64,000 nt of DNA from Spirosomataceae bacterium (GCA_046295175.1 JBKBNY010000004.1:35765-99764); one strand, 5' to 3'; positions 1 to 9,711 are shown, counted from the first letter of the stretch. The notes: generated by a model not told the origin, from the sequence alone. Numbers and translations are program-made.

Positions 1-120
1 AAGATTTCCGGACTCGAAGGAGAATTATACTCAACGCATTTTGGTACTTTACGTACCGATGGATTACATGTTTTTCTTACCGGAAAAACTCCTTTTCAGC
101 ACAAAATCAAATTATCGTAA
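1..120 (+). CDS. 3' end of an unidentified CDS entering from the left edge (..KISGLEGELYSTHFGTLRTDGLHVFLTGKTPFQHKIKLS*)
   Basis: Frame 1 is open from base 1 to the TAA at 118-120 and is followed directly by a hairpin terminator. It is too short to assign a family. Confidence 0.3.
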   Translation, partial: KISGLEGELYSTHFGTLRTDGLHVFLTGKTPFQHKIKLS

Positions 121-128
121 AAAAAAAG

Positions 129-155
129 AAAATGCCCTCAAATTGGGGGCATTTT
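129..155. terminator. Bidirectional intrinsic terminator between convergent genes
   Basis: AAAATGCCC (129-137) pairs with GGGCATTTT (147-155). An A-run lies upstream and a T-run downstream. Confidence 0.6.
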
Positions 156-230
156 ACTTGTTGGAGTACAACAAAACCACAATAAAGATATTGTGATTTT
201 GTCACAAAGATAGAAATATTTTCTGGCAGA

Positions 231-1577
231 TTAGCCTTCTTTAATAACCAATTCAGAGATTAACAAAGACTCATCGTGCTGACTTTTATCAAGACCTGCT
301 TTTTCGTCTTTCTCAGCTACACGCAATGGCATAATCAAATCTGTGATTTTCAACAATACGTAAGAAAGTACAAAAACGAATACCGAAACGATTACTAAAG
401 CCAACATGTGGTTGATGAACAACTTCGATTCTCCGAAATAAATTCCTTGGTCAGCAACTGCAGAGTTCACAGCCTTTGTTGCGAAAATACCAGTCATAAC
501 CAAACCAACCATACCACCTACACCGTGGCAAGGGAATACGTCGAGTGTATCGTCAAGGGCTGTTTTAGTTTTCAAGTGAGCTAAATAGTTTGAGATAATA
601 CCCGCAATCACACCAATGAAGATTGAGTGAGGAATTGTTACGAAACCTGCAGCTGGGGTAATTGCAACTAAACCAACTACAACACCGATACAGAATCCGA
701 GAGCAGAAACCTTTTTGCCCATAAATACATCAAACAATACCCAAGCTAAACCTGCACCAGCTGCAGCTGTGTTTGTGGTTGCAAATGCAGAAGCCGCCAA
801 AGGTGAAGCACCAACCGCCGAACCTGCATTGAAACCAAACCAACCAAACCATAAAAGACCTGTACCTAACAATACAAAAGGAATGTTTGCTGGAGGAAGG
901 AATGTTCCTGAAACGTGGTCACGACGACGTTTCAAATATATAGCACCTGCTAAAGCTGCCCAGCCCGCACTCATGTGTACAACTGTACCACCGGCAAAAT
1001 CAAGAACTCCCATTTTGAAAAGGAATCCTTCAGGATGCCACGTCCAGTGAGCCAAAGGAGCATAAATAAAGATGCTGAAAAGAATCATGAATAAAACATA
1101 AGATTTGAAGTTTACACGCTCAGCCATCGAACCTGTAACGAGAGCTGGAGTGATAACAGCAAATTTTAATTGGAAGAAGGCAAAAACAACCAATGGGATT
1201 GTTGGAGCTAAAGACCAAGGCTTGCCATCTAATACACCTTTAAACATAAAGTGTGTCATTGGGTTTCCGATTACACCTCCAATAGATTCTCCAAATGCAA
1301 GGCTGTAACCAATCACAACCCACAAAATAGAGATTACACCCATTGCAATAAAGCTTTGGAGCATTGTAGAGATAACGTTTTTGGCATTGACCATACCACC
1401 ATAGAAATAAGCAAGACCTGGCGTCATGATTAAAACGAGGGCAGTCGCAACAAGCATCCAAGCAGTATCACCTGAGTTGATACCTTCGGTTACAATGGTA
1501 GTTGGCAAAGCTGGCATGAATAATCCTGCAATAGCAACAACTAATAAGATAATTAGTGGAAGGGGGTTTTTACGCAT
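231..1577 (-). CDS. amt: Ammonium transporter (Amt family)
   Basis: 448 aa, about 11 TM helices. Typical Amt signatures are present (DFAGGTVVHMSAGWAAL, GFNAGS, HGVGGMVG). Confidence 0.9.
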   Translation of the reverse strand: MRKNPLPLIILLVVAIAGLFMPALPTTIVTEGINSGDTAWMLVATALVLIMTPGLAYFYGGMVNAKNVISTMLQSFIAMGVISILWVVIGYSLAFGESIGGVIGNPMTHFMFKGVLDGKPWSLAPTIPLVVFAFFQLKFAVITPALVTGSMAERVNFKSYVLFMILFSIFIYAPLAHWTWHPEGFLFKMGVLDFAGGTVVHMSAGWAALAGAIYLKRRRDHVSGTFLPPANIPFVLLGTGLLWFGWFGFNAGSAVGASPLAASAFATTNTAAAGAGLAWVLFDVFMGKKVSALGFCIGVVVGLVAITPAAGFVTIPHSIFIGVIAGIISNYLAHLKTKTALDDTLDVFPCHGVGGMVGLVMTGIFATKAVNSAVADQGIYFGESKLFINHMLALVIVSVFVFVLSYVLLKITDLIMPLRVAEKDEKAGLDKSQHDESLLISELVIKEG

Positions 1578-1633
1578 AATGATAGGAGTTTAATTGTTGT
1601 ACAATCATTTTCGCTCAACGTTTCACGTTCGGC

Positions 1634-1656
1634 TCCCCTCTCATATCGAGAGGGGA
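1634..1656 (-). other. GC-rich stem-loop in the porin-amt intercistronic spacer
   Basis: TCCCCTCTC (1634-1642) pairs with GAGAGGGGA (1648-1656), loop ATATC. The T-run is on the + strand side, so it is not a canonical terminator for the minus-strand operon. Confidence 0.3.
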
Positions 1657-1699
1657 TTTTGATGAAGTGAACGTCACGTATTTAGTTTAGGGGTTTGTT

Positions 1700-2833
1700 T
1701 TAGAATTTGAAAATTAAGGCACCACCAAAAGTCGATTGTGAGTTTTTAGTGAAATTGCCATCTTTGTCTTCAAACTGACCAGCTTCAGTACCAGCAACCT
1801 TTGCGTAGCTATCTAATCTGAATTCAGGTTTGAACAACAAGTTATCTGAGATAATTACATTACCTGTCAACGTAAATGAATTTACAGAAGTACCTTCTCC
1901 TTTGCTATTCAACAATGCTCTCGCACCTTGCTTATTGTCAAAATATTCATAACGAATACCCAAGCCGAATTTATCAGTGATTGACACATTGCTGTAAAGA
2001 GCAGCACCACCCCATGAAGCACCAGCTTGTGTTCCGTAAGCGGCATTTAATCCAAGTAAAAACTTCTCGGTAATTTGATAAGATGTCGTTAAGTCAAAAA
2101 TTGAATAATATGATTTTTCATCAACACCCTCATCGCTACCAAACCAGTTTAAATATACATTCCAACCGTCTTTTGGAGATACATAAAACTGTCCCATCAA
2201 GCCCAATTTGCTGTTGTTATCGTCTTTAGAGTCAAGACCATTAACTGCACCAAATGTAAGTGACGATTTTGCAGATGTAGCAATTGTTGCTTTTAAACCA
2301 GTGTGATAGAAAGGACCGTTATTGAAAAGGTTTGATAATGAATAGTTGAAGTTAACTGGAGCGTCAATTACTTCATAACCAATGTGAGTTCCAAACTGAC
2401 CCGCTGTCAGAGAGAATTTATCAGTGGCCTTCCAAGTAACATAAGCTTGCTTGATTGCTAATGCAGTACCAGTTGCACCCTTACCATCAATACCAACACG
2501 GCCGATAACATTACCGTAGTTACCAAGGTCGGCATGATTACCAAATACTAAATCAACTACACCGTCAACTTTATCAGTTGAATAAGTTAACTTGGTTTGA
2601 GCCAAACCAACTTGAAATTGGCCAACTCTTTGGTCAAATGCTCTTTCAAAACCAGAAACACCTAAGTTCGATTTTGATTTTGGACTGTTTAAATTACCGA
2701 AGAAATAGGTATCTACATACCCAGAAAATGTGAAAGGACTTTTTTTCTCTTCATTTGGTTTTGTTGGATTCTCTTCAGCATTTGCAGAATTCAACAAAAG
2801 CAAAGAAAATACTGTAAATAAAACATTCTTCAT
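1700..2833 (-). CDS. Outer-membrane porin (beta-barrel), co-oriented directly upstream of amt
   Basis: 377 aa with a signal peptide (..LLLNSANA). Alternating beta-strand pattern with aromatic girdles and a C-terminal ..ALIFKF ending in Phe, as in OMP barrels. Confidence 0.6.
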   Translation of the reverse strand: MKNVLFTVFSLLLLNSANAEENPTKPNEEKKSPFTFSGYVDTYFFGNLNSPKSKSNLGVSGFERAFDQRVGQFQVGLAQTKLTYSTDKVDGVVDLVFGNHADLGNYGNVIGRVGIDGKGATGTALAIKQAYVTWKATDKFSLTAGQFGTHIGYEVIDAPVNFNYSLSNLFNNGPFYHTGLKATIATSAKSSLTFGAVNGLDSKDDNNSKLGLMGQFYVSPKDGWNVYLNWFGSDEGVDEKSYYSIFDLTTSYQITEKFLLGLNAAYGTQAGASWGGAALYSNVSITDKFGLGIRYEYFDNKQGARALLNSKGEGTSVNSFTLTGNVIISDNLLFKPEFRLDSYAKVAGTEAGQFEDKDGNFTKNSQSTFGGALIFKF

Positions 2834-3108
2834 AACATTCTTTGGTTTAAGTAATTATTTAAGCGGTTATAATTATGATGCAAATATTAGATACAAATTA
2901 ATATTATGCAAATTTTAAGTATAAAATTTATCCAATTTTTCGTAAAAAATTTCAAAATGTCAATTTTTATGTTTTAAAATTTAATAAAATATCAAAATAA
3001 TCCTATAATTACTATAAACAACATATTATTTGTTAAAATCGAACTTTTGCCAAATAATATTAAATTTAATATTTATTCTTTATTTTGTACAATTCTCAGA
3101 AAAGCACA

Positions 3109-3138
3109 ATAAAAAAGGCAGCTCGATAGAGCTGCCTT
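3109..3138 (-). terminator. Intrinsic terminator downstream of the ferredoxin gene
   Basis: AAGGCAGCTC (3115-3124) pairs with GAGCTGCCTT (3129-3138). On the minus strand it is followed by TTTTTT. Confidence 0.65.
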
Positions 3139-3165
3139 CTAAGTCTTAATACTTATATTTTCAGA

Positions 3166-3516
3166 TTACGCTTCGGCGTGTAACCAAGCCTTCTTAGCTA
3201 AAAGTGTTTCTTTATCTTCGACCATGTCTGGGTCTGGAACACAACAATCAACAGGACAAACCGCAGCACACTGTGGTTCTTCGTGGAAGCCAGTACATTC
3301 TGTACATTTATCAGGTACAATATAATAAAATTCATCGGAAACTGGTTTCATTGGGTCTTTACCTCCAATAATTGTTCCGTCTTCGAGTTCAACTTCTGTT
3401 AGTTTTGTACCACCACTCCAAGTCCATTCTACTCCACCTTCATAAATCGCTGTATTTGGGCATTCGGGCTCACAAGCACCGCAGTTGATACATTCGTCTG
3501 TAATTATGATTGCCAT
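3166..3516 (-). CDS. 4Fe-4S dicluster ferredoxin
   Basis: 116 aa with [12 protein letters not shown] and [16 protein letters not shown] cluster motifs. Confidence 0.85.
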   Translation of the reverse strand: MAIIITDECINCGACEPECPNTAIYEGGVEWTWSGGTKLTEVELEDGTIIGGKDPMKPVSDEFYYIVPDKCTECTGFHEEPQCAAVCPVDCCVPDPDMVEDKETLLAKKAWLHAEA

Positions 3517-3621
3517 ATTAATATAATGTGATTTTGTTTCAGCTTTGTCTAATCAAATAACCTACTCGTTTGATAGACAAATAATGAACAAAGATAATAT
3601 TACATTGTTTCAAAATCGTTG

Positions 3622-3629
3622 TACTTTTG
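3622..3629 (+). promoter_or_regulatory. Bacteroidota-type -7 promoter box (TACTTTTG)
   Basis: Matches TAnnTTTG, 39 nt upstream of the ATG at 3668. Confidence 0.4.
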
Positions 3630-3667
3630 CATGAATTTTAGTTATAGGGTATAAGGTTCTAAAAAAA

Positions 3668-4687
3668 ATGATATTAAAAGAAAGAATTTTAACATTTTCG
3701 ACTTTAGGAGAATTCATATTAAATGAAGATAATAAAGAGCAACTGAGAGAGTGGACTTACAGAGCAAAAAACGAAAATGCTTGGTTTACAGAAGACAATA
3801 TCTTCTTATCGCTTGATAATATAGCAAAATATTACCTTGATAATCAATCACTTACAGAATGGGCCAATAAATATAATCTAAGTGATGATTGCCCACTTAA
3901 AAAAATAGGGATTGTTGCTGCGGGTAATATTCCGGCTGTAGGATTCCATGATTTATTGACGGCGGTAATTAGTGGAAACATTGCATTCATTAAATTGAGT
4001 TCGAGCGATTCGGTTTTGATGAAATTCTTGATAAATAAATTGATTGATATAAATCCCGAAATCAGTCAATTCATTCAAATTACTGATAAACTCAATGATG
4101 CAGACGCATTCATAGCGACTGGTAGCGATAATTCGGCTAAGTATTTTGAATACTACTTCTCAAAAAAACCTCATATTATTCGTCGAAATCGTACTTCGGT
4201 AGCCATTTTAAACGGTAAAGAAAACAAAATCGAGTTAGGAAATCTCGGTAATGACATTCTTCAATATTTTGGATTGGGCTGTAGGAATGTATCTAAAATC
4301 TACGTACCTAAAGGTTATACATTCGATAAATTCTTTGAAAGTATTGATTACTGGAGTACCGTTTTGCTCCACCACAAATACAATAATAACTACGACTACA
4401 ATAAGTCAATCTATTTAGTAAATGGTGTTAAGTTTTTTGATAACGGATTTTTCATGCTAAAACCAGATGAGGCATTGGTTTCACCAATTTCTACTTGTTT
4501 TTACCAAGAATACGATAACCAAGAACATTTAGATAGCTTGATTGCCCTAAATTCTGAAAAAATACAGTGTATTGTTTCAAGCAATGGTTGGTATAAAAAT
4601 AGCTTCGATTTCGGTTTAGGTCAGTCTCCTGCCCTCACCGACTATGCTGATGGTATTGATGTAATGAATTTTCTCACTGAATTATAG
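3668..4687 (+). CDS. Acyl-CoA reductase (LuxC-like)
   Basis: 339 aa. It has the family-typical layout, including [24 protein letters not shown] and the GLGCRNVSK cysteine motif. Confidence 0.7.
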   Translation: MILKERILTFSTLGEFILNEDNKEQLREWTYRAKNENAWFTEDNIFLSLDNIAKYYLDNQSLTEWANKYNLSDDCPLKKIGIVAAGNIPAVGFHDLLTAVISGNIAFIKLSSSDSVLMKFLINKLIDINPEISQFIQITDKLNDADAFIATGSDNSAKYFEYYFSKKPHIIRRNRTSVAILNGKENKIELGNLGNDILQYFGLGCRNVSKIYVPKGYTFDKFFESIDYWSTVLLHHKYNNNYDYNKSIYLVNGVKFFDNGFFMLKPDEALVSPISTCFYQEYDNQEHLDSLIALNSEKIQCIVSSNGWYKNSFDFGLGQSPALTDYADGIDVMNFLTEL

Positions 4688-4707
4688 GAAATTACAAAAC
4701 TTTTCCA

Positions 4708-4715
4708 TACTTTTG
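4708..4715 (+). promoter_or_regulatory. Bacteroidota-type -7 promoter box (TACTTTTG) for rpmI-rplT
   Basis: Matches TAnnTTTG, 44 nt upstream of the rpmI ATG. Confidence 0.45.
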
Positions 4716-4758
4716 CCCCCCAATTTACCTTATCATTCAAAATAAACTGTTAATTAAA

Positions 4759-4953
4759 ATGCCAAAGCAAAAAACAAATTCTGGAGCAAAAAAACGCTTC
4801 AAAATTACGGGTACTGGCAAGATTAAGCGTAAGCATGCTTTTCACAGCCACATCCTTACCAAAAAATCTAACAAACGTAAACGCAATCTTGTAAGTGCAA
4901 CGCTTGTTAGCCCAGCAGATACTAACCGTATCGAAGCATTATTATCAATGTAA
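4759..4953 (+). CDS. rpmI: 50S ribosomal protein L35
   Basis: 64 aa, [36 protein letters not shown]. Confidence 0.92.
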   Translation: MPKQKTNSGAKKRFKITGTGKIKRKHAFHSHILTKKSNKRKRNLVSATLVSPADTNRIEALLSM

Positions 4954-5116
4954 TTTGCAAACTCTGTTTGCATTTGGTTCAATAGTTTCACCCGACAGAA
5001 GGCAAAGCAGAAGAGTTTGAAGTTTGAATGTTTACAGTTTACGGTTAAATTTTTTTACTGCAAACGCTAAACTTAAAACAAAAACCGCCTAAGTCAAAAA
5101 ACGAAAATTTTAAAAA

Positions 5117-5461
5117 ATGCCACGTTCAGTCAATCACGTAGCGTCAAGAGCAAGACGTAAAAAAGTTCTTCAATTAGCAAAAGGTTATTACGGACGTCGT
5201 AAAAACGTTTGGACAGTTGCTAAAAACGCAGTAGAGAAAGGTTTGGTTTACGCATACATCGGTCGTAAACAGAAAAAACGTAGCTTCCGTCGTTTATGGA
5301 TTGTCCGTATCAACGCGGGTGTACGTCCATTAGGAATGTCTTATTCAGTATTTATTGATAAACTCAGTAAATCTGGCATCGAATTAAACCGTAAAGTTTT
5401 GGCTGATTTAGCGATGAATCACCCAGAGGCTTTCAAAGCAGTTGTTGATAAGGTAAAATAA
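5117..5461 (+). CDS. rplT: 50S ribosomal protein L20
   Basis: 114 aa, [41 protein letters not shown]. Confidence 0.95.
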   Translation: MPRSVNHVASRARRKKVLQLAKGYYGRRKNVWTVAKNAVEKGLVYAYIGRKQKKRSFRRLWIVRINAGVRPLGMSYSVFIDKLSKSGIELNRKVLADLAMNHPEAFKAVVDKVK

Positions 5462-5487
5462 TTGCGTGAAGTCATTCACAAAACTAT

Positions 5488-5517
5488 AAGCGTCTTGAGT
5501 TTTCAAGACGCTTTTTT
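5488..5517 (+). terminator. Intrinsic terminator after rplT
   Basis: AAGCGTCTTGA (5488-5498) pairs with TCAAGACGCTT (5503-5513), followed by a T-run. Confidence 0.7.
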
Positions 5518-5935
5518 ATGTTTCGATAATTAGAGTTTTGATTCCTTTGACAGTCCCATCAAATTTATCCTTCCCTAAAATATAGGCATTAATCTCAACC
5601 CTACCCACTCGGATATAAACCAAATCTGTCAGTTTATTTTCAAGAATGTCTTTCAAAATCAAAAACTTTCGCATCCTATCGTTTTCATATTCTGTCCACC
5701 AATCTTGTGGATTTACAACCGATGAATAAAATTCCTGCAATTCACAAACCTCAAATTTATCTTTCGATTTAGCATTGATGACCGATTTAAATGATTTCTC
5801 ATCAATTGGTAATGTTATGTCACAACCAAAATCTACAAATTCTACTTTTTCATCCGACTCACTCGGATAAAACAAATCCTCTAATACAGTTTTTATGAGT
5901 TCAGATAAAGACGATTCAAAATTTATTTCATTCAT
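5516..5935 (-). CDS. Nuclease A inhibitor (NuiA)-like protein
   Basis: 139 aa. YPSESDEKVEF and PQDWW..ENDRMRKF..L..VYIRVGRVEINAYILGK...IKTLIIET parallel my recollection of Anabaena NuiA (SESEYPFEVF, PQDWY.., VYRLGEVELDVYVIGE..VVET). Confidence 0.6.
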   Translation of the reverse strand: MNEINFESSLSELIKTVLEDLFYPSESDEKVEFVDFGCDITLPIDEKSFKSVINAKSKDKFEVCELQEFYSSVVNPQDWWTEYENDRMRKFLILKDILENKLTDLVYIRVGRVEINAYILGKDKFDGTVKGIKTLIIET

Positions 5936-6020
5936 TTATGTTACCTTTAGTTAATTATATAGTCAGATAATCGAAAAATTAATACTCGAAATTCGGGATT
6001 AATTTAATAAAAAAGTATTA

Positions 6021-6641
6021 TTGTATCAGTTTTCACTATTAAATCTTAAAGAAATGTTAGAAGTACTTCAGAATTTGATTAAAGAACATGGACAATCTGC
6101 AGTTGTTGACAACCCAGCGGTTCCAAACGAACATAATGATGATGTAATGAACGAGGTAATGCAAGGGCTAATGGGCGGTTTGTCGAACCAAGCTACATCT
6201 CAAGGTGGTTTGGGTAGTCTAATTGGTCTTTTAGGTGGAGGAGCTGGCACAAATAGTGGTGGATTGATGCAAAACCCAATCGTTAGCGGAATCGCACAAA
6301 GTGTAATTGGCAATTTGATGCAAAAATTCGGCCTTTCAAACAATGCGGCTGCGGGTGTAGTTGGTAGTTTGCTCCCTTCAGTTTTAGGAGGTTTGATTAA
6401 CAAAACCAATGACCCAAATGATAGCTCAATCGATATGGGAGGTTTGATGGGAACAATTACTGGTGGCAAAACAAACGGTATTGACTTCGGAAGTATCCTT
6501 AGCCAAGGTGCTGGTGCTTTGGCCGACGGCAAACTCGATATGAATGATTTGATTAACATTGCAGGTGGTGCAATGGGTGGCGGAAGACAACAAGGCGGCG
6601 GAGGCTTAGGCAGTTTGCTCGGTGGTCTTTTCGGAAAGTAA
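6021..6641 (+). CDS. Gly-rich DUF937-like protein
   Basis: 206 aa of low-complexity GGL/GSL repeats with an ordered N-terminal helix. The track start is a TTG; the in-frame ATG at 6054 (MLEVLQNL..) is the more likely start. Confidence 0.5.
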   Translation: MYQFSLLNLKEMLEVLQNLIKEHGQSAVVDNPAVPNEHNDDVMNEVMQGLMGGLSNQATSQGGLGSLIGLLGGGAGTNSGGLMQNPIVSGIAQSVIGNLMQKFGLSNNAAAGVVGSLLPSVLGGLINKTNDPNDSSIDMGGLMGTITGGKTNGIDFGSILSQGAGALADGKLDMNDLINIAGGAMGGGRQQGGGGLGSLLGGLFGK

Positions 6642-6661
6642 TCAATAAAAACCTATTTTAG

Positions 6662-6695
6662 AGTCCGCTTTTTTACTATTAAGCGGACTTTTTTA
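6662..6695 (+). terminator. Intrinsic terminator
   Basis: AGTCCGCTT (6662-6670) pairs with AAGCGGACT (6681-6689), followed by TTTTTT. Confidence 0.65.
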
Positions 6696-6758
6696 TAAAA
6701 TATTTTACCGTTAAATTAAAAACGCGGCCTATCTTCTTCGTTCTTAATGCTTTATCCA

Positions 6759-6766
6759 TAATTTTG
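6759..6766 (+). promoter_or_regulatory. Bacteroidota-type -7 promoter box (TAATTTTG)
   Basis: Matches TAnnTTTG, 24 nt upstream of the ATG at 6790. Confidence 0.45.
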
Positions 6767-6789
6767 CAGATATTATATAAAATTGTATA

Positions 6790-9711
6790 ATGACCGCAAA
6801 ATATAAAGTACTTCCACTCCTTATTTTTATATTCTCGTTATCGGTAAATGCACAAATAAGTGTTAATTTTCCGATGGATAAAGCTGTTTTTCAACGTAAC
6901 TCCAACAACCAAGCAAACCTTAACATTGCTGGTACTTTAAATACTGCCGCAACCTCGATAGAGGCACGACTTTTGAATCCACTTACAAGTAATTCTGTAG
7001 TAATTGATTGGACGGTTATTCAAAACAATCCAATGGGTGGAGTTTTTTATGGTACAATATCAAATGTAAATGGTGGTTGGTACACGCTCGAAGTAAGAGC
7101 TAAAAGTGGCAATACTGTTATTGGCACGTCGAGTGTAAATCGGGTTGGAGTTGGGGAAGTTTTTATAATTGCTGGTCAATCGAATGCTCAAGGACTTGAT
7201 AATTATGGAAGCGTCTCTTCAACTGATGAAAGAGTAGTTAACCACAATTGGAGCGGACAATTAGTAAACGGACAATGTTCAACGCAAATACCGATTTATC
7301 CAACTTTTTCACAACTTCAATCAAACAACAGTATTGCAACTTGGGGACATTCATCGTGGTGCTGGGGTAAGCTCGGAGACCTACTTGTGTCTAATTTGGG
7401 CATTCCTGTTGTATTTTTTAATACTGGTGTATCTGGAACTACCACAAAAAATTGGAAAGTAAGCTCTGATAATCAATCAACAACCAATATTTATACTGGT
7501 ACCCCCTTTTGTGGCGGAGTGGTAGGCCCACCATATAGAAATTTAAAAAATGCCTTAAATTATTATGCTTCTATTTATGGTGTCAGAGCCGTTTTATGGC
7601 ACCAAGGCGAATCTGATGCTGACCCTCGAAACAACGAATACAATGGCGGACGACCTTCAACTCAAGATTATTACGATAATTTATCATATATTATCAATAA
7701 GTCCCGAACTGATTTCGGTAATAGTAATCTGCCGTGGGTTGTTTCTCGTGTATCGTATATAGGTGTAGGTACGCAATCTCCAACAACCTACCAACCAGTT
7801 ATTGATGCACAAAATAACGCGATTTCTAACATAAATAAAGTGTTTTCGGGACCGAATACCGATAATTTAACAAATCGTTTCTACGATGGTGATTACGTGC
7901 ATTTTTCAGGTTCACAACTGGTTGACTTAGCAAATGCTTGGTATTCAGAACTCAACTCTTCATTTTTTTCAAATGCTACTCCTACTTCGGCAAAAGCATT
8001 ACCAATCATAAACGTAAATTGTGTTGCAGGAAACCAGCTTCAGTTTATAGCACCCTCGGGCTACACTGCCTACAAATGGGTAAGAACTGATACGGGTAAT
8101 AACGATTTTGAAAGTACAGCAGAAGCAACTACACAAAGTATCACTCGTTCGAGCGGAGAATATCGTTGTTATATGACAGATTCTCAGGGGAATATCGTTG
8201 TCTCTCAAACTGTAAAAGCAGAATACAATAGTTCAATTTGTCCGTCTTGTGCAACCACAACATTTATGTCAGATATTTTGGAATCAAGTTCGACAAATGG
8301 AATTGGTAACTTCAAAAAGGATTTAGGCCACAGTGGAGCTACAATGACGCTCAATGGAAAAACATACAGCAAAGGATTGGGGGTTCATACAAATTCTGAA
8401 ATTATTTACAACTTAAATGGCCTTTATGGTAGATTCGTATCAGATATTGGGATTGACGATGCAATCACACCATCAGATTGTGGTGGTCAAGGTGGGACAG
8501 CTATTTTTGAGGTTTATAGAGATAACGTATTGGCATATCAAAGCCCAATATTAAACAGAAACTCTTCAACTATCAATTTGAATATTAATGTAAATGGAGT
8601 TAATCAATTGAAGATTAAGGTTACCGACGCTGGCGATAATAATTGGTGTGACCACGCAGACTGGGCTGGAGCAAGATTGTACTGCCCAGATAACTCTGCT
8701 CCAAGCACACCAACAAACTTGACAGCTTCAAACTTAACTACAAAATGTGTCACACTCAGTTGGGGAGCATCAACCGATAATGTCGAAGTCGCTCAATATA
8801 AAATTTATAGAAATGGAAGTTTGATAGATTCCGTGGCGGCGAATATTCTATCCTATTCAATAACAAATTTACAAACAAATACTACTTATACTTTTGAAGT
8901 AAGGGCCGAAGATTATTCTAAAAATTTATCTTCATCGGCAACAACAAATGTTAACACTACACAAAATTTAGTTGTTTATTCAAATAAATGTATTGGTGTT
9001 TCGTCAATTCCTACAATAAATATGGCGGGTGGAACCTTTACATTATTAACCGCTGGTGCAAGTTTAAACACAACGACTGGTGAACTTAATACAAATACGG
9101 TAGGTACTTATCAAGTAAAATACAAAATTGGTTCAGGAACTTGTGCTGATAGTATAACAGTTGCTGTTTCGTTTAGTAGTCCACCTACACCGAGTATTTC
9201 AGCAAACAGAACTATTATTAATCAAGGTCAAAGTGTAACACTTACAGCAAATAATTGTGCAGGAACAGTAACTTGGACTGGAGGACAAACAACTACATCT
9301 ATCACAATAAATCCGAGTTCATCGCAAGCTTACCAACTCACTTGTAACTTAAATGGTTGTACTGGTAATGCATCAATAATCATCTTTGTAATATCACCTT
9401 GCGAAAATGCCTATTTAATTTCTTCGCCAAGTTTTAATCTAAGTGGGCCAGCAAACGACTTAACCATTAGAGCGAGCCAAACAATAACAGTCTCAAGTTT
9501 ATTGCTGAATCAGGCAAAACTCACTTTAAAAGCAGGCAAATCCATTACGATACAACCTGGATTTTATGCCGAAAGCAATACTGTTTTTAGAGCTGAGATT
9601 GAGAGTTGTACTGTTTCGGGTATTCGTCGCCGAACTGATTCATCAACAATCATAAATCCTTTTGTGATTGAATCTGCAATTTTGCCCAAAAACGAATCGA
9701 ATCCTAAATAA
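6790..9711 (+). CDS. Secreted multidomain carbohydrate-active protein: sialate O-acetylesterase-like (SASA/SGNH) + NPCBM + fibronectin-III + Ig-like C-terminal region
   Basis: 973 aa with a signal peptide. Motifs seen: IIAGQSNAQG and LWHQGESD (SASA family); NGKTYSKGLGVHTNSEIIY..FEVYRD..CDHADWAGARL (NPCBM); PSTPTNLTAS..YKIYRNG..YTFEVRA (FN3). Confidence 0.7.
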   Translation: MTAKYKVLPLLIFIFSLSVNAQISVNFPMDKAVFQRNSNNQANLNIAGTLNTAATSIEARLLNPLTSNSVVIDWTVIQNNPMGGVFYGTISNVNGGWYTLEVRAKSGNTVIGTSSVNRVGVGEVFIIAGQSNAQGLDNYGSVSSTDERVVNHNWSGQLVNGQCSTQIPIYPTFSQLQSNNSIATWGHSSWCWGKLGDLLVSNLGIPVVFFNTGVSGTTTKNWKVSSDNQSTTNIYTGTPFCGGVVGPPYRNLKNALNYYASIYGVRAVLWHQGESDADPRNNEYNGGRPSTQDYYDNLSYIINKSRTDFGNSNLPWVVSRVSYIGVGTQSPTTYQPVIDAQNNAISNINKVFSGPNTDNLTNRFYDGDYVHFSGSQLVDLANAWYSELNSSFFSNATPTSAKALPIINVNCVAGNQLQFIAPSGYTAYKWVRTDTGNNDFESTAEATTQSITRSSGEYRCYMTDSQGNIVVSQTVKAEYNSSICPSCATTTFMSDILESSSTNGIGNFKKDLGHSGATMTLNGKTYSKGLGVHTNSEIIYNLNGLYGRFVSDIGIDDAITPSDCGGQGGTAIFEVYRDNVLAYQSPILNRNSSTINLNINVNGVNQLKIKVTDAGDNNWCDHADWAGARLYCPDNSAPSTPTNLTASNLTTKCVTLSWGASTDNVEVAQYKIYRNGSLIDSVAANILSYSITNLQTNTTYTFEVRAEDYSKNLSSSATTNVNTTQNLVVYSNKCIGVSSIPTINMAGGTFTLLTAGASLNTTTGELNTNTVGTYQVKYKIGSGTCADSITVAVSFSSPPTPSISANRTIINQGQSVTLTANNCAGTVTWTGGQTTTSITINPSSSQAYQLTCNLNGCTGNASIIIFVISPCENAYLISSPSFNLSGPANDLTIRASQTITVSSLLLNQAKLTLKAGKSITIQPGFYAESNTVFRAEIESCTVSGIRRRTDSSTIINPFVIESAILPKNESNPK

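Noticed and set aside
715-1461. Track ORFs 715-1050(+), 1105-1308(+), 1240-1461(-) and 1251-1433(+) inside the amt gene
   Set aside because: All are antisense or out of frame within a well-supported 448-aa Amt transporter. Their translations are low-complexity with no motifs.
6200-6559. 119-aa antisense ORF within the Gly-rich gene
   Set aside because: It is a mirror image of GGN-rich codons (Pro/Lys-rich nonsense), a typical shadow ORF of a low-complexity gene.
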